A stretch of 33,453 bases of DNA from Candidatus Eiseniibacteriota bacterium (GCA_034440375.1 JAWXBZ010000191.1:1-33453), one strand, 5' to 3'. Shown: positions 1 through 9,917, counted from the first letter of the stretch. Translations and numbers: made by a program. Notes: a model not told the origin generated them from the letters alone.

Positions 1-663
1 GCCCGGGCCATCGCGACGATTCTGAACAACCTCGGCGACCTCGCCATGAATGAGGGTGACGACCCTCGATCACTGGCACTTTACGAGGAGAGCCTGTCCA
101 TCCGACGACAGCATGGAATCATCCGGGGCATCGGCGTTTCGCTCAGCAATCTGTCCGGCGTTCTGATCCGGCTCGGCGAGCTCGAACGGGCCCGCGAGTA
201 CGCGGAGGAATGCGTCCCGATCCTCCGAAAGCTCGGCGAAACCAGCCGGGTCGCCGACGCCCTCCATAACCGCGGACTTCTGGAGTTCCGTGAGGGCCGT
301 CTCGAGGAGGCGCGCGGGTCGCTGTCGACGGCCCTGGAAATCCGCCGTGACCTGGTCGACCGCCACGGCCTCATTCATTCCTGTGAAGCCTTCAGCCATC
401 TCGCAGCCGCCACCGCTCGGCCCCGACTGGCCGCGCAGCTTCTCGGCGCGGCCGAAGGGATTCGAACAGAGGTAAAACTCATCCTTCATCCCGGAAACCA
501 GCGGGAGCTGGGGCCCCTGATCGAAAGTCTTCGGCAAACGCTCGGGCACGAGCCGTACGAAGCGGAGAGAACGCGCGGCCTTGGCCTTGGCTGGCACGGC
601 GCGGTTCCGGCGATTGCGGCATGGAATACTGACGATGATGTCTTGACGAATTGGCAGGGGTGA
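1..663 (+). CDS. TPR-repeat C-terminal part of a larger protein, probably an ATPase- or kinase-TPR regulator; 5' partial
   Basis: Frame is open from base 1 (ARAIATILNNLGDLAM...). It has repeated TPR-like units (LSNLSGV, LHNRGLL, ALEIRRDL) and an AAQLLGAAEGIR...LG...YEAE tail typical of ATPase-TPR proteins. Confidence 0.75.
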   Translation, partial: ARAIATILNNLGDLAMNEGDDPRSLALYEESLSIRRQHGIIRGIGVSLSNLSGVLIRLGELERAREYAEECVPILRKLGETSRVADALHNRGLLEFREGRLEEARGSLSTALEIRRDLVDRHGLIHSCEAFSHLAAATARPRLAAQLLGAAEGIRTEVKLILHPGNQRELGPLIESLRQTLGHEPYEAERTRGLGLGWHGAVPAIAAWNTDDDVLTNWQG

Positions 664-791
664 CCCCGGTAACCATTTTGCCGGGTCGCGGCGTGAGCTG
701 ATCTCCACCTTTTGATCTATTTCAAGTCATTTTGACACGATGGTTGACGGTCCTATCGTTGCTTCTCCTTGTGCGTATGGACTTACGGGGT

Positions 792-807
792 AGGTACGAT
801 ACTTGCA
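792..807 (+). promoter_or_regulatory. Putative sigma-54 promoter (-24/-12) for the ice-binding protein gene
   Basis: AGGTACGATACTTGCA has exact GG-N10-GC spacing with TTGCA, about 150 nt upstream of ATG 959. Confidence 0.55.
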
Positions 808-958
808 CACTTGGGCTGGTTGACTCTTGTGAGTGGGGGTTCCGGCCAGCGCCCGGCTGGCGAAGGAACCATCCGATCTCCCCAATGACCAAGAGCATCC
901 TTCAAGCGACCCTCGCGATTTCAAGAACGCCTGAACGCCTCCCTCGAAAGGTACGCAA

Positions 959-1777
959 ATGCAAAGATTCAACAGGAATGCGCTGTGGCTGACAGCGCTG
1001 CTGCCGGCCCTGATGATGGCCGGATGCCAGAAGAATGCGGCCACCCTGGTCGGACCCTCCGACGCCGACCCGAGCCTGACCCAGCTGAGCCACAGGCCCC
1101 CGGCGCGTTCACCGGTCAACCTGGGAACCGCCGCCAATTACGTGATTCTGTCCAAGTCCGGCATCTCGACCACGGGAACGACCTCCATTGTCGGGAAAAT
1201 CGGAGTCAGTCCGATCGCCGCCACCGCCATCACCGGCTTCGGGCTGGTTTTGGATTCTTCGGGTTCCTTTTCGAATTCATCCCTGGTGACCGGCCGGGTC
1301 TATGCGGCCGACTATGCCGTACCGACCCCGGCCACGCTGACCCGGGCCGTCAGCAACATGGAGACGGCCTACACCGACGCTGCCGGACGGACGTTGCCCG
1401 ACTACACTGAGCTGGGTGCCGGAAATATCGGCGGGTTGACGCTGAGGCCGGGTCTGTACAAGTGGTCCAGCACCGTTACCATCCCCACGGATGTCACCCT
1501 TTCGGGCAGCCCGACCGACGTCTGGATCTTCCAGATCGCCCAAACCCTGGCGATCAGCTCCGGGAAGCAGATCATCCTGAGGGACGGTGCCAAGGCGAAG
1601 AATGTCTTCTGGCAGGTCGCCGGCCAGACCACTCTCGGCACGACCTCAAAATTCAAGGGAATCCTGCTGTGCAAGACGGCCATCGTGATCCAGAACGGTG
1701 CCACCCTGAACGGTCGGGCCCTGGCCCAGACCGCCGTCACTCTGGACGCTAATTCCATCACCGCACCAGCCTTTTAA
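959..1777 (+). CDS. Ice-binding protein (DUF3494 family), predicted lipoprotein
   Basis: Lipobox LMMAGC. DUF3494 motifs VNLGTAANYVILSKSGIS, AYTDAAGR, L.PGLYKW, VWIFQI, NVFWQVAG and GRALAQTAVTLD are present. Confidence 0.93.
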   Translation: MQRFNRNALWLTALLPALMMAGCQKNAATLVGPSDADPSLTQLSHRPPARSPVNLGTAANYVILSKSGISTTGTTSIVGKIGVSPIAATAITGFGLVLDSSGSFSNSSLVTGRVYAADYAVPTPATLTRAVSNMETAYTDAAGRTLPDYTELGAGNIGGLTLRPGLYKWSSTVTIPTDVTLSGSPTDVWIFQIAQTLAISSGKQIILRDGAKAKNVFWQVAGQTTLGTTSKFKGILLCKTAIVIQNGATLNGRALAQTAVTLDANSITAPAF

Positions 1778-1807
1778 GGCTTCGGCACCCGAGAATTGTT
1801 CTGACCC

Positions 1808-1843
1808 CGACCCCCGTGAGAGAAAGCTCCCGGGGGTCGTTTT
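1808..1843 (+). terminator. Rho-independent terminator
   Basis: CGACCCCCG...CGGGGGTCG stem followed by TTTT, 30 nt after the IBP stop. Confidence 0.7.
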
Positions 1844-1866
1844 GTGGGCGGCATGGGGTCTTGCTC

Positions 1867-2785
1867 CTATCGGAGGAGGATGCGCCTGATTTCGAACGCC
1901 AGCTTCAGCCCATCCAGGCTGCGGTTTTCCGGAAGCCGATCACCGAGTTGGTGCATGAAGTAGTCCGGGCGAGGTGAATCGTCGCCTTCCCATCTCACCC
2001 CGGGCAGATAGACGAGATACACGTCCCAGGCGGGCTCGGTCGTGAGATCAAGCGGAGATTGAAAGAGTTTCCCAACTTCCTGCGAGCCGGTCCAGTAGTT
2101 TCGAACGCGCCGGTCCGGGAAAAGGGTCGTCGCTTTCCTGGATGACCGCTCATCGTCCGTCTTGAGGATGGGTTCCCACACGGCGTAAACGGCAAGCTCA
2201 TTACTGTCGATGACTCCGAGCACATTTTCCTGCACCACACGGGCGCCGCGTTGACAGCCGGGTCAGGTGGGAGAAAGCAGCATCAGCAGTCGGGTCTTCT
2301 TCGCATCGGCGTTGAACCGCTCCTTCAGCTCCCTCCCGGTTGGCGAGAGCTGTTCCATGAGCGTTGAATCGTCGGCGGCGCTCTCGAGCTGGAGGAAGGT
2401 CGGAGAACCGGGCTTCTCCAATTCGCTGAAATTCGATTGGCAGGTTGTGATCCTGAAAAGCGACGACTCCAATCATGGATTCGCCCCTGAAAGTGCCGAC
2501 AAACTCCGCATTGGGGCCGGCGAAATGCAGGTAAACGGTCGAATCCCCCAGCGTCACCTTCACGGGATAGTTCTCGACCCCCCAGTCGAGGACATCGAAC
2601 TCGCCCGTAAGCCTGGAACCCGCAAGACCTAGATCGACGACCATCTGAACGGACGTACTATCCTCGAACAGGACGTCGGCAATCCACTCCCCCGCAATCG
2701 GAGGATGATCCGTCACGGCGCCAGCGGGGGACACTCCCGTTCCGATGAGGAGCAGGGGAAGCCAAAAACGCATGTCGATCTTCAT
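1867..2785 (-). CDS. Secreted thioredoxin-fold probable selenoprotein (UxxC), with an in-frame TGA at 2265-2263 and a frameshift near 2398
   Basis: ORFs 2263..2472 and 1867..2238 are in one frame, separated only by TGA: LLMLLSPT-TGA-PGCQRGARVVQENVL...VYAVWEP...AWDVYLVY...MHQL. The signal-peptide ORF from 2785 shifts frame at ...ARFSD/FLQLE. Confidence 0.7.
2229..2262 (-). promoter_or_regulatory. Candidate bacterial SECIS element
   Basis: After the UGA there are 11 nt, then stem ACGCGG/CCGUGU with loop CGC (G second, 17 nt from UGA) and a lower CUG/CAG pairing. This fits the bacterial SECIS consensus geometry. Confidence 0.55.
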
Positions 2786-3403
2786 CTAGTGGCGGATATC
2801 CACAACCACCCGCGGCGAACTCGACAGCGGGAACACCCGAAACTGGTTCGGCGAGCCAACGCCGAGCACCCACGAGACATCGGCTTCGAAGTCGCAGATC
2901 AGGCTCAACTGCTTCAGCACCGGCTGATTCACCACCCGCATCCGCTCCCCGACGGTCGGTTGACCTTCCTCCGTGTGCGCGGCCGCCGGGATGAACCGGA
3001 TGAGAATCCACGCGTCTCCCGCTATCTGGACCACCTCGCCCGAGCCGCACTGTCGAACGGGATGGTCGACGTACTCCGCATGCACGCCTGGAAGCCCGCC
3101 CGGACCAAACTGGAAGACGACGCGATCGTAATTGTCGTGCCGGGCATTCCTCACCGCCTCGAGGACGGGCATCTCTCCACCACTCGCCGGCAGATCGACG
3201 ATACCGATCGTCCAGGCAGCCGTCTCGGGGGTGTCCTCGGCGGGGTCGGGCCGCGGCACGACCGAGGTATCCCGCTCGACAACCGGCGGGCGCGGCCTCT
3301 GAGATTCGCGGGAGCGATCCTGCCCACCGCAGCCGACAAGCAATCCGGTCAGGAGGAAGGCCACCATTCGGACCATCTGAGTCTTGAACATGAAGCCGGG
3401 CAT
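2786..3403 (-). CDS. Lipoprotein with AMIN-like domain
   Basis: Strong SD GAGGAGG, lipobox LLVGC, Pro-rich linker, and motifs HDNYDRVVFQF, EYV, DFEA...W.LG and PRVVVDI. Its TAG abuts the ATG of the next gene (operon). Confidence 0.75.
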   Translation of the reverse strand: MPGFMFKTQMVRMVAFLLTGLLVGCGGQDRSRESQRPRPPVVERDTSVVPRPDPAEDTPETAAWTIGIVDLPASGGEMPVLEAVRNARHDNYDRVVFQFGPGGLPGVHAEYVDHPVRQCGSGEVVQIAGDAWILIRFIPAAAHTEEGQPTVGERMRVVNQPVLKQLSLICDFEADVSWVLGVGSPNQFRVFPLSSSPRVVVDIRH

Positions 3404-3602
3404 CCCTACCTCCTCATTACCGGTGAGATCGATCCTCCTGGAATCGCCATGGCACGGCGTGGATTATACCGGTAGGCTCTCACATGGCTCAGAACCCGCG
3501 CACGCGCCAGGAGCGGATTTTCTTTGCCCCCCGCACGATCCTGCTAAAATGATGGATTCCCATCGACATCAACAACTTGACATGCTCTTTCAGGGAGGAA
3601 TC

Positions 3603-4364
3603 ATGAGGCCGCGTTCGTCCAACTCGTTGCACTTCTCGAAACTGCTGCTTTCGACACTATTCAGCCTGGCCGTCTCATCACCTGTGGTGGCTCAGCCCGT
3701 CTCCAGCTTAATTTCGTCCAATTTCAACGGAACTGCGATACCGGCAGGCCGGACGGTCTGGTTCAACAGCGTCCTTGACTACTCGGGGCCCACGTCACAG
3801 CCGGTGACCATCTTCGTCCGGAATGCCACGGTCAGCTTCACGGCCAACAGCGTGAACTATGTCATCAATGTTCCCGATGCTGATATCACCCTGGGCCCGT
3901 CGGTGTCTCTTGCCACCACAAACTTCAATACGTCGACAGGCCGGTGGGAGACCACGGCCGATTTTGGCTCGAGCGGCAACACCTTCATGGCCGGGGTAGC
4001 CTTTCCCGCAATCGTGAATCTTCCCGGGGGAATCAACCCAGTGGTATGGAGTGCGGATTTCTCTTCGGACACACAGGGCGTCTGCCTCAACTGGAAATGG
4101 GCGGCTGCCGTGTACACGACTTTCAGTACCGACTACAGCGCCATCGGCGTCAAGCCGATTGATCCCAACACCGGAAGTCCCTACTTGAATTCCCATCATG
4201 CGGGAACGCCGGAGAACTTCACAAACTTCGTCACCGGTGGCGCCCGGGGCGGTGGTGGGTCGAATTTCACCGGTTCCTACAGCGGGACATCGAGCGCCTG
4301 TCCTGGTTTCGTTGTACCCGTTTTGCCGGTCACCTGGAGTGGGCTCAAGTCGCGTAGCTTCTGA
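3603..4364 (+). CDS. Secreted beta-rich protein with C-terminal TW-x3-K motif
   Basis: SD GGGAGGA before ATG 3603, signal peptide ending ...SPVVA-QP, C-terminus [26 protein letters not shown] at 3542-3550 is a possible extended -10. Confidence 0.8.
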   Translation: MRPRSSNSLHFSKLLLSTLFSLAVSSPVVAQPVSSLISSNFNGTAIPAGRTVWFNSVLDYSGPTSQPVTIFVRNATVSFTANSVNYVINVPDADITLGPSVSLATTNFNTSTGRWETTADFGSSGNTFMAGVAFPAIVNLPGGINPVVWSADFSSDTQGVCLNWKWAAAVYTTFSTDYSAIGVKPIDPNTGSPYLNSHHAGTPENFTNFVTGGARGGGGSNFTGSYSGTSSACPGFVVPVLPVTWSGLKSRSF

Positions 4365-4404
4365 CCGGCGCAGGACAGGGGCCACTGGCTCCATCGGAGA
4401 TCCA

Positions 4405-4824
4405 GCCGGCCAGTCAGGCACTCGTAGAGCAGGCAGCCGAATGCCCAGATGTCGGTGCGCTTGTCGACCGGCTTTCCGCGTGCCTGCTCGGGGCTCATGT
4501 AGGCCGCGGTGCCGAGGATCATGCCGGCTCCGGTCACCGCGCGCGTGAGCGTTGGCGAGTTGGAGAGATCGAGCGCCGGATCCGAAACGACCCCGGCTCC
4601 CCCCTTGGCGAGGCCGAAATCAAGTACTTTGACCTCGCCCGCCGGGGTGACCTTGATGTTCGCCGGCTTCAGATCCCGGTGAACGACGCCGCCTTCGTGG
4701 GCCGCTTCGAGCGCCGCGGTTACCTGCGGTCCAGTCGCGTGTCGCGCCCGAGGTAGACCATGCCCATCCCGCCGCGGCCAAGTTCGCGCTCGATCGGGTA
4801 GGCGCCGATCCGTTCCGGTGTCAT
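4405..4824 (-). pseudogene. Ser/Thr protein kinase remnant, paralog of 14803..17469
   Basis: [21 protein letters not shown]...DTRLDRR joins out of frame at about 4725 to [20 protein letters not shown]...DFG...YMSPEQARG...CLTGR. About 240 bp (including VAIK) and everything after subdomain IX are missing. Confidence 0.88.
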
Positions 4825-4976
4825 GCGAGTGACTCCGTGGGGTTCATGCCTGGTGGCGGCTCCCGACAAACGGTCTAAACTTGCCGGGCTGTCTCCGGTA
4901 GCAAGGTTTGTAGCACGATCATGTACGCCACCACCGAAAAGATACGACAGAAGCAGCACACGGCATAGGAGGATGC

Positions 4977-5960
4977 ATGAAATATCGTCGTTTAGGGCGG
5001 GCGGGAATACAGGTCAGCGAGCTCTCGCTCGGCTCGTGGGTCACGTTCGGCACCCAGGTGGATATCGAGGCGGCGGTGGACATGCTGGCCACCGCCTATG
5101 ACGCCGGCGTGAATTTCTTTGATAACGCCGAGGGCTATGCCGGTGGGAAATCAGAGGAATTGATGGGCGCGGCGCTCAAGAAACTGGGCTGGCGGCGCGG
5201 CAGTTATCTGGTGTCAACCAAGTTCTTCTGGGGATTGCACGACGGCCCCAACCAGCGCAACACGCTCAACCGGAAGTACCTGATCGAGGGAATCAACGAC
5301 CCGCTCAAACGGCTGCAGCTGGACTACGTCGACCTGGTCTACTGCCATCGTGCCGACCCGTCCACCCCAATCGAGGAAACGGTCCGGGCCATGCACAACA
5401 TCATCGAATGGGGCAAGGCGCACTACTGGGGCACTTCGGAATGGTCCGCGGCGGAAATAACGCAGGCCATCGAGATCGCGGAACGGCATCACCTGCACAA
5501 ACCGATCGTGGAGCAGCCGCAGTACAACCTGTTCGAGCGGCACCGCTTCAGCCCGGAGTACGTCCGCATGTACAAGGATTACGGCTATGGCGCCACCACA
5601 TGGAGTCCACTGGCATCCGGCCTGCTGACCGGCAAGTACCAGGGTGGCATCCCCGGGGACAGCCGCGGCGCGCTCCAAGGCTATGGCTGGCTGAACGATC
5701 ATCTCACCGATGACCACAAGCTGGCCAAGGTGGGGGCACTCGAACCGATTGCCAGGGCGATGGGCGCATCCCTGGCGCAGTTTTCGCTGGCCTGGTGCCT
5801 GCAGAATCCCAGGGTCAGCAGCGTCATCACGGGCGCGAGCCGGGTGGAACAGGTGCGCGAAAACTTGAAGGCCGCGGAATTCGTGGACAAATTTTCAGCC
5901 GACGTGATGACACAAATCGATGACATATTCGGAATGGAAAGTCATGAATCCATGGATTAG
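4977..5960 (+). CDS. Aldo/keto reductase, Kv-beta-like family
   Basis: [57 protein letters not shown] and [13 protein letters not shown] motifs; SD AGGAGG. Confidence 0.93.
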   Translation: MKYRRLGRAGIQVSELSLGSWVTFGTQVDIEAAVDMLATAYDAGVNFFDNAEGYAGGKSEELMGAALKKLGWRRGSYLVSTKFFWGLHDGPNQRNTLNRKYLIEGINDPLKRLQLDYVDLVYCHRADPSTPIEETVRAMHNIIEWGKAHYWGTSEWSAAEITQAIEIAERHHLHKPIVEQPQYNLFERHRFSPEYVRMYKDYGYGATTWSPLASGLLTGKYQGGIPGDSRGALQGYGWLNDHLTDDHKLAKVGALEPIARAMGASLAQFSLAWCLQNPRVSSVITGASRVEQVRENLKAAEFVDKFSADVMTQIDDIFGMESHESMD

Positions 5961-6054
5961 GAGCAGCGGGCGACGGGAGCTGGTCCCGCAGCCCGCTTTC
6001 TCCGGACGTGACGTCATGGTCGGTTTCGGTGGCACGTTGGCCGATCGCCGGATC

Positions 6055-6546
6055 TCAGAGATAGCGGGCCTTGATCCCGCTCCAGGTAGCCGGTGCGGTC
6101 GGCACCTTGTCTTCCGCCGTTGTGATTCGAAGGATACCTCCCCAGGTGGCCACACCACCGTTGTTGCACCCGCCAGGCTGTCCTTCGGCCTGAATTTCGA
6201 CCTTGTGGCTGCCGGGAGAGACCGGCCCCAGGTCAAATTCGACGGTCTGCATCGGCTGGTTCAGCGGGTCACCGGGATAGCCAAGGAAGGGACTCGTCAC
6301 GACGAGGGGGCCATCCAGGAGGAAGTGAACCCGCACCGAGCTGCAATGCCCCGGGTGCACAAAGTACTGGACCTTGAGCGTTCCGATTGTATTGACGGTT
6401 ACTGAATAGGGCGGCGCGCAGAGCTGGCCGGTGCTTGTGCAGGAAACCGCAACCGGATAATCCGTGACGATTTGATTGGCCACCCCGGGACCGGAAGACA
6501 GGGCAACGGCGGCAACAGCGGCACTCACGATGGCAATAAATCTCAT
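6055..6546 (-). CDS. Small secreted Cys-containing protein with C-terminal TW-x3-K motif
   Basis: SD GGGAGG, signal peptide, ends DKVPTAPATWSGIKARYL. Confidence 0.8.
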   Translation of the reverse strand: MRFIAIVSAAVAAVALSSGPGVANQIVTDYPVAVSCTSTGQLCAPPYSVTVNTIGTLKVQYFVHPGHCSSVRVHFLLDGPLVVTSPFLGYPGDPLNQPMQTVEFDLGPVSPGSHKVEIQAEGQPGGCNNGGVATWGGILRITTAEDKVPTAPATWSGIKARYL

Positions 6547-6614
6547 GGACCCTCCCTCGCAACAGGTGAAAAGCGGGAATCTTCAGGGGACGGTTACCGG
6601 TGAATTGCCCTGCA

Positions 6615-6642
6615 AGTATAGGCCTTCCGCGCGTTCTGGCAA
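6615..6642 (-). promoter_or_regulatory. Putative sigma-70 promoter for 6055..6546
   Basis: TTGCCA-N16-TATACT on the minus strand, about 70 nt upstream of the ATG. Confidence 0.5.
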
Positions 6643-6651
6643 CTCTCGGGC

Positions 6652-8880
6652 TCAAGCCGAGCCGGGCGCCGCCCCTGTCTGGCACAAACGCTGAAATTCA
6701 GGGTCGTCACGGAGCAGAGCCAGGTCGGGGTCCCGGGCAGCCCATTCCCGGTTTCCGTATCCGGCTTCAAAGGCCTTCTTGATGGTCGCCAGCGCTTCCG
6801 CCTTGCTGGCGAGCAAGCCATAGGTACAGGCCGCGTTATACAGAACGTTGGCGTCGCCCGGCCGCAGTGTCACCGCAGTTTGAAGTTGGCGCATGGCATC
6901 TTCCGGGCGGCCAATTTCGGCGCATATCCCCGCCAGGAGGATGCGCGCCCGGACATCCTCCGGCACCAGCTCCAGTTGCTTCTCCAGCACCCCCATCATG
7001 CGGAGCCGCAGTTCCCGGACTTCCTCCACCCGGCCCAGCCGGGTCAGGACGTTTGTATACGGGACATAGGTGTTGTAGTCATCGCCGCTGGCTTCCATCG
7101 CGCGCTCGACGAGAGCGGCCGCTTCATCCAGGCGGTCCGACGCGAAGAGCGCCCGGCCCAGAATGTTGTAAGCCCCATCGCAATCCGCCTTCTGCTCGAT
7201 GGCCATCCGGGCATAGCGGACGGCTGGATCGTAGGATTTCTGCGCGTAGGAAATGCGGGCCCGGGCCGCCAGGACCTCCGCCGCCTGCGAGTCCAGGGCC
7301 AGGGCTCGATCACACGCGGCAACGCCCCTGTCGATCCACTTCGGATTCTGCTCGCGCAGTTCGTAGATCATGCCGCAGACATTGGCCACCCCGGCATGAG
7401 CCAGGGCGAAGTCCGGGTCGAGCTTGATCGCCTGCTCGAACATCTGCAGGGCGAAGTCCAGATTCTCGCGCCGGGTATAACTGCGTCCGCGCAGGTAGTA
7501 GTCGTACGCTTGCAGGTTTTCGGTGGGTTTCTGGGCGATCGTCTTCTCCTCCTGGGGAGAAAGGGTCACGCGCAGTGCCTGAGCGATGCTGCGCGCGATT
7601 TCGTCCTGTATCGCGAAAACGTCCTCCAGCTCCCGGTCATATCGTTCGGCCCATGCCGAATGGCGGGTCCTGGTTTCGACGAGCTGCGCGGTGATACGCA
7701 GGCGGTTTCCCGACCTCCGGATGCTCCCCTCGAGCACATAGGCGGCGTCCAGTTGTTGGCCTACTTCCGGGGCCGTGACCGGCTTGTCGCGGAAGCTGAG
7801 AACCTCGGATCGCGGAAAAACCTTGATCTGTCCGATCTTCGAGAGTTCGGTGATGATGTCCTCAGTCATCCCGTCCCGGAAGTACTCATCATCCTTGGCA
7901 CCGCTCAAATTTCCGAAATAGAGGACGGCGACGGACCTTTCCTTGACCTTTGTCCCTGTGGATGCGGAGGATTCCGTGCTCCGAACCTGCGCCGGACTGC
8001 TCCCGGAATCCCGGTCGCGCTTCAGCCGCTTGAGATCGGCCTTCATCTCCCCCGCCGTCTGGTAGCGCAGCTCCGGATCCTTTTCCAGCGCCTTATTGAT
8101 GATCCGTTCCAGGTCGGCTGGCACCTCGGGGTTGAGGCGCGCCGGAGGCCGGGGTGTCCCATTCAGGATTTCGTTGAAGACGAGGGCGGTCGTCCCCCCT
8201 TCGAAGGCAACGCTCCCTGTGGCCATTTCATAGATCATGGCGCCGAAGGAGAAGAGATCGGTCCGCTGATCCAGCGCCTCCCCGCGCGCCTGCTCCGGCG
8301 ACATGTAGGCGGCCGTGCCGATCGCCGACCCCGGCTGGGTCAGGTCCAGAGCGACGGCGGCCGTGACCATCTGTGAGGAGTCCACGCTCCGGCCGGACTC
8401 CTGGCGTGAGGCAGCCGGCTTGGCCAGGCCGAAATCGAGGACCTTGGCCACTCCCTTCGAGGAGACGAAGATGTTGGCCGGTTTGATGTCCCGGTGAATG
8501 ATGCCCTTGGCATGAGCCGCCTCCAGGGCCTCCGCAATATGCATCGACAGATCGAGAATCTGGTCCACCTTGAGCGGCCGGCCGTCGATCAGCTGCTTCA
8601 AGGACTGGCCTTCCATCAGCTCCATCACGATGAACGGTTCACCCTCGTGTTCGGCGATCTCGTGAATCGTGCAGATGTGCGGATGGTTCAGGGCCGCGGC
8701 GGAGCGCGCCTCCCGCAGGAATCGGTCCAGGGCAGGCTTGTCGCGGATGGCCTCGCCGGGCAGGAATTTGAGCGCGACCGAGCGATCCAGGACCGTGTCC
8801 TCCGCCCGATAGACCACCCCCATGCCGCCGCTGCCGAGCTTCTCGATCACGCGATAATGGGAAACAACCTTGCCGATCAC
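6652..8880 (-). CDS. Hanks-type Ser/Thr kinase with TolB-like N-terminal-type domain and TPR repeats
   Basis: GTG 8880 after SD AGGAGG. Motifs GSGGMG, VALK, HRDIKPAN, DFG and YMSPE, then SVAVLYF.N...YFRDGMTEDII...GSIRRSG.RLRI.AQL, TPRs, and a YNAAC...DPDL tail. Confidence 0.92.
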   Translation of the reverse strand: MIGKVVSHYRVIEKLGSGGMGVVYRAEDTVLDRSVALKFLPGEAIRDKPALDRFLREARSAAALNHPHICTIHEIAEHEGEPFIVMELMEGQSLKQLIDGRPLKVDQILDLSMHIAEALEAAHAKGIIHRDIKPANIFVSSKGVAKVLDFGLAKPAASRQESGRSVDSSQMVTAAVALDLTQPGSAIGTAAYMSPEQARGEALDQRTDLFSFGAMIYEMATGSVAFEGGTTALVFNEILNGTPRPPARLNPEVPADLERIINKALEKDPELRYQTAGEMKADLKRLKRDRDSGSSPAQVRSTESSASTGTKVKERSVAVLYFGNLSGAKDDEYFRDGMTEDIITELSKIGQIKVFPRSEVLSFRDKPVTAPEVGQQLDAAYVLEGSIRRSGNRLRITAQLVETRTRHSAWAERYDRELEDVFAIQDEIARSIAQALRVTLSPQEEKTIAQKPTENLQAYDYYLRGRSYTRRENLDFALQMFEQAIKLDPDFALAHAGVANVCGMIYELREQNPKWIDRGVAACDRALALDSQAAEVLAARARISYAQKSYDPAVRYARMAIEQKADCDGAYNILGRALFASDRLDEAAALVERAMEASGDDYNTYVPYTNVLTRLGRVEEVRELRLRMMGVLEKQLELVPEDVRARILLAGICAEIGRPEDAMRQLQTAVTLRPGDANVLYNAACTYGLLASKAEALATIKKAFEAGYGNREWAARDPDLALLRDDPEFQRLCQTGAAPGSA

Positions 8881-9124
8881 CGATCCTCCTGGAACTTCCG
8901 TTGAAGGCACACAAGCATATATCCTGCAGCGGGAGGATCCCAGTGCCTTCCTGCCACCTGGGTCGGCCTGGCGACCCTCCACAATCACTGTCACAAACCG
9001 CCTCCAGGCCTCCTCCCTTCTGCGACAATGGGCACTGATCGCGATCAATCGCGGGAGAGTCGGCAGCTGCCGTTCATCCCCGCCGGCCCGGCGTATCGTT
9101 GCACATTTAACCCCGGCAGAAATC

Positions 9125-9865
9125 ATGGCGCTTCAGGAAGAATTCGAACGGAGTGGCAGATGGCTCTTCCGTTGGAGAAGCTATGTCCCGCTCGTTCTCC
9201 TTGCCCTGTGTCTGTTTGCGCTCCCGAGGCACCAGGTCGAGGCGGATGGGCGTGATGGGGATCTCTGGTGGGAGGCGGGCTGCCTGTTCGTCAGTCTGCT
9301 GGGGCTCGGAATTCGATGTCTGACGATTGGATATGTCCCGAGCCGCACGTCCGGACGAAACACGCGGACGCAGCGAGCCGACTCTTTGAACACCACAGGA
9401 ATGTACTCGGTTGTCCGCCACCCGCTTTACCTCGGGAATGCCGCCGTCGGGCTCGGCGTTGTCCTCTTCACCCGATCCTGGTGGATGACGATTCTGTACG
9501 CCCTCGCCTTCTGGATATATTACGAAAGGATAATGTTCGCAGAAGAGAGTTACCTCAAGAACAAGTTCGGTGCACAATTCATGGACTGGTCGGATCGTAC
9601 CCCGGCTTTCTTCCCCCGATTGAGCAACTGGAAACGCCCTCTGCTCCCCTTTTCAGGCCGAACAATTCTGCGAAGGGAATGCAACGGGCTGCTGGCCATC
9701 ATTGTGGCCCAGTTCACCCTGGAAGTAGCCGGCGATCTAATCCAGAAAAGGGGCTTTGAGCTCGATACCTTCTGGGTCGTGGTCCTGACGGCGGGTGTAG
9801 TAACCTGGGCCGTTCTGAGAATATTGAGTAAAAACACCAACTTGCTGAGAGTAGCCAATCGCTGA
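9125..9865 (+). CDS. Isoprenylcysteine carboxyl methyltransferase-family membrane methyltransferase (LmtA-like)
   Basis: MALQEEFE.SG.WLFRWRS start, TSGRNT, LNTTGMYSVVRHPLYLGN and YYERIMFAEE.YL..KFG motifs, multiple TM segments. Confidence 0.85.
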   Translation: MALQEEFERSGRWLFRWRSYVPLVLLALCLFALPRHQVEADGRDGDLWWEAGCLFVSLLGLGIRCLTIGYVPSRTSGRNTRTQRADSLNTTGMYSVVRHPLYLGNAAVGLGVVLFTRSWWMTILYALAFWIYYERIMFAEESYLKNKFGAQFMDWSDRTPAFFPRLSNWKRPLLPFSGRTILRRECNGLLAIIVAQFTLEVAGDLIQKRGFELDTFWVVVLTAGVVTWAVLRILSKNTNLLRVANR

Positions 9866-9917
9866 TGAGATGACGATGCCATCGAGTTCGGGATCTCGAA
9901 CTACCAGGGAGGCGCGA

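Noticed and set aside
711-743. Possible seventh IS right end (ATTTTGACACGATGG)
   Set aside because: Only the terminal 14 or so nt resemble the motif; the inner CTGGCGCRGC half is absent.
4400-4416. Minus-strand CTGGCCGGCTGGATCT at the kinase remnant breakpoint, resembling the inner half of the IS end
   Set aside because: It needs a gap, partly derives from kinase codons, and lacks the TTTGACCCTACG terminus.
4977-5960. Functional link between the Kv-beta-like reductase and the voltage-gated channel
   Set aside because: The genes are over 23 kb apart in different modules, and this AKR family is widespread without channels.
9089-9104. Sigma-54-like CGGCGTATCGTTGCA upstream of the methyltransferase
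   Set aside because: GG-to-GC spacing is 9 nt rather than the required 10.
8881-9126. N-terminal extensions in the ORF track (kinase from 9126, methyltransferase from 8870; likewise 3384, 11261, 14513, 17595, 20884, 23528)
   Set aside because: They overlap neighbouring genes or intergenic DNA; SD motifs and family N-termini support the shorter starts used here.
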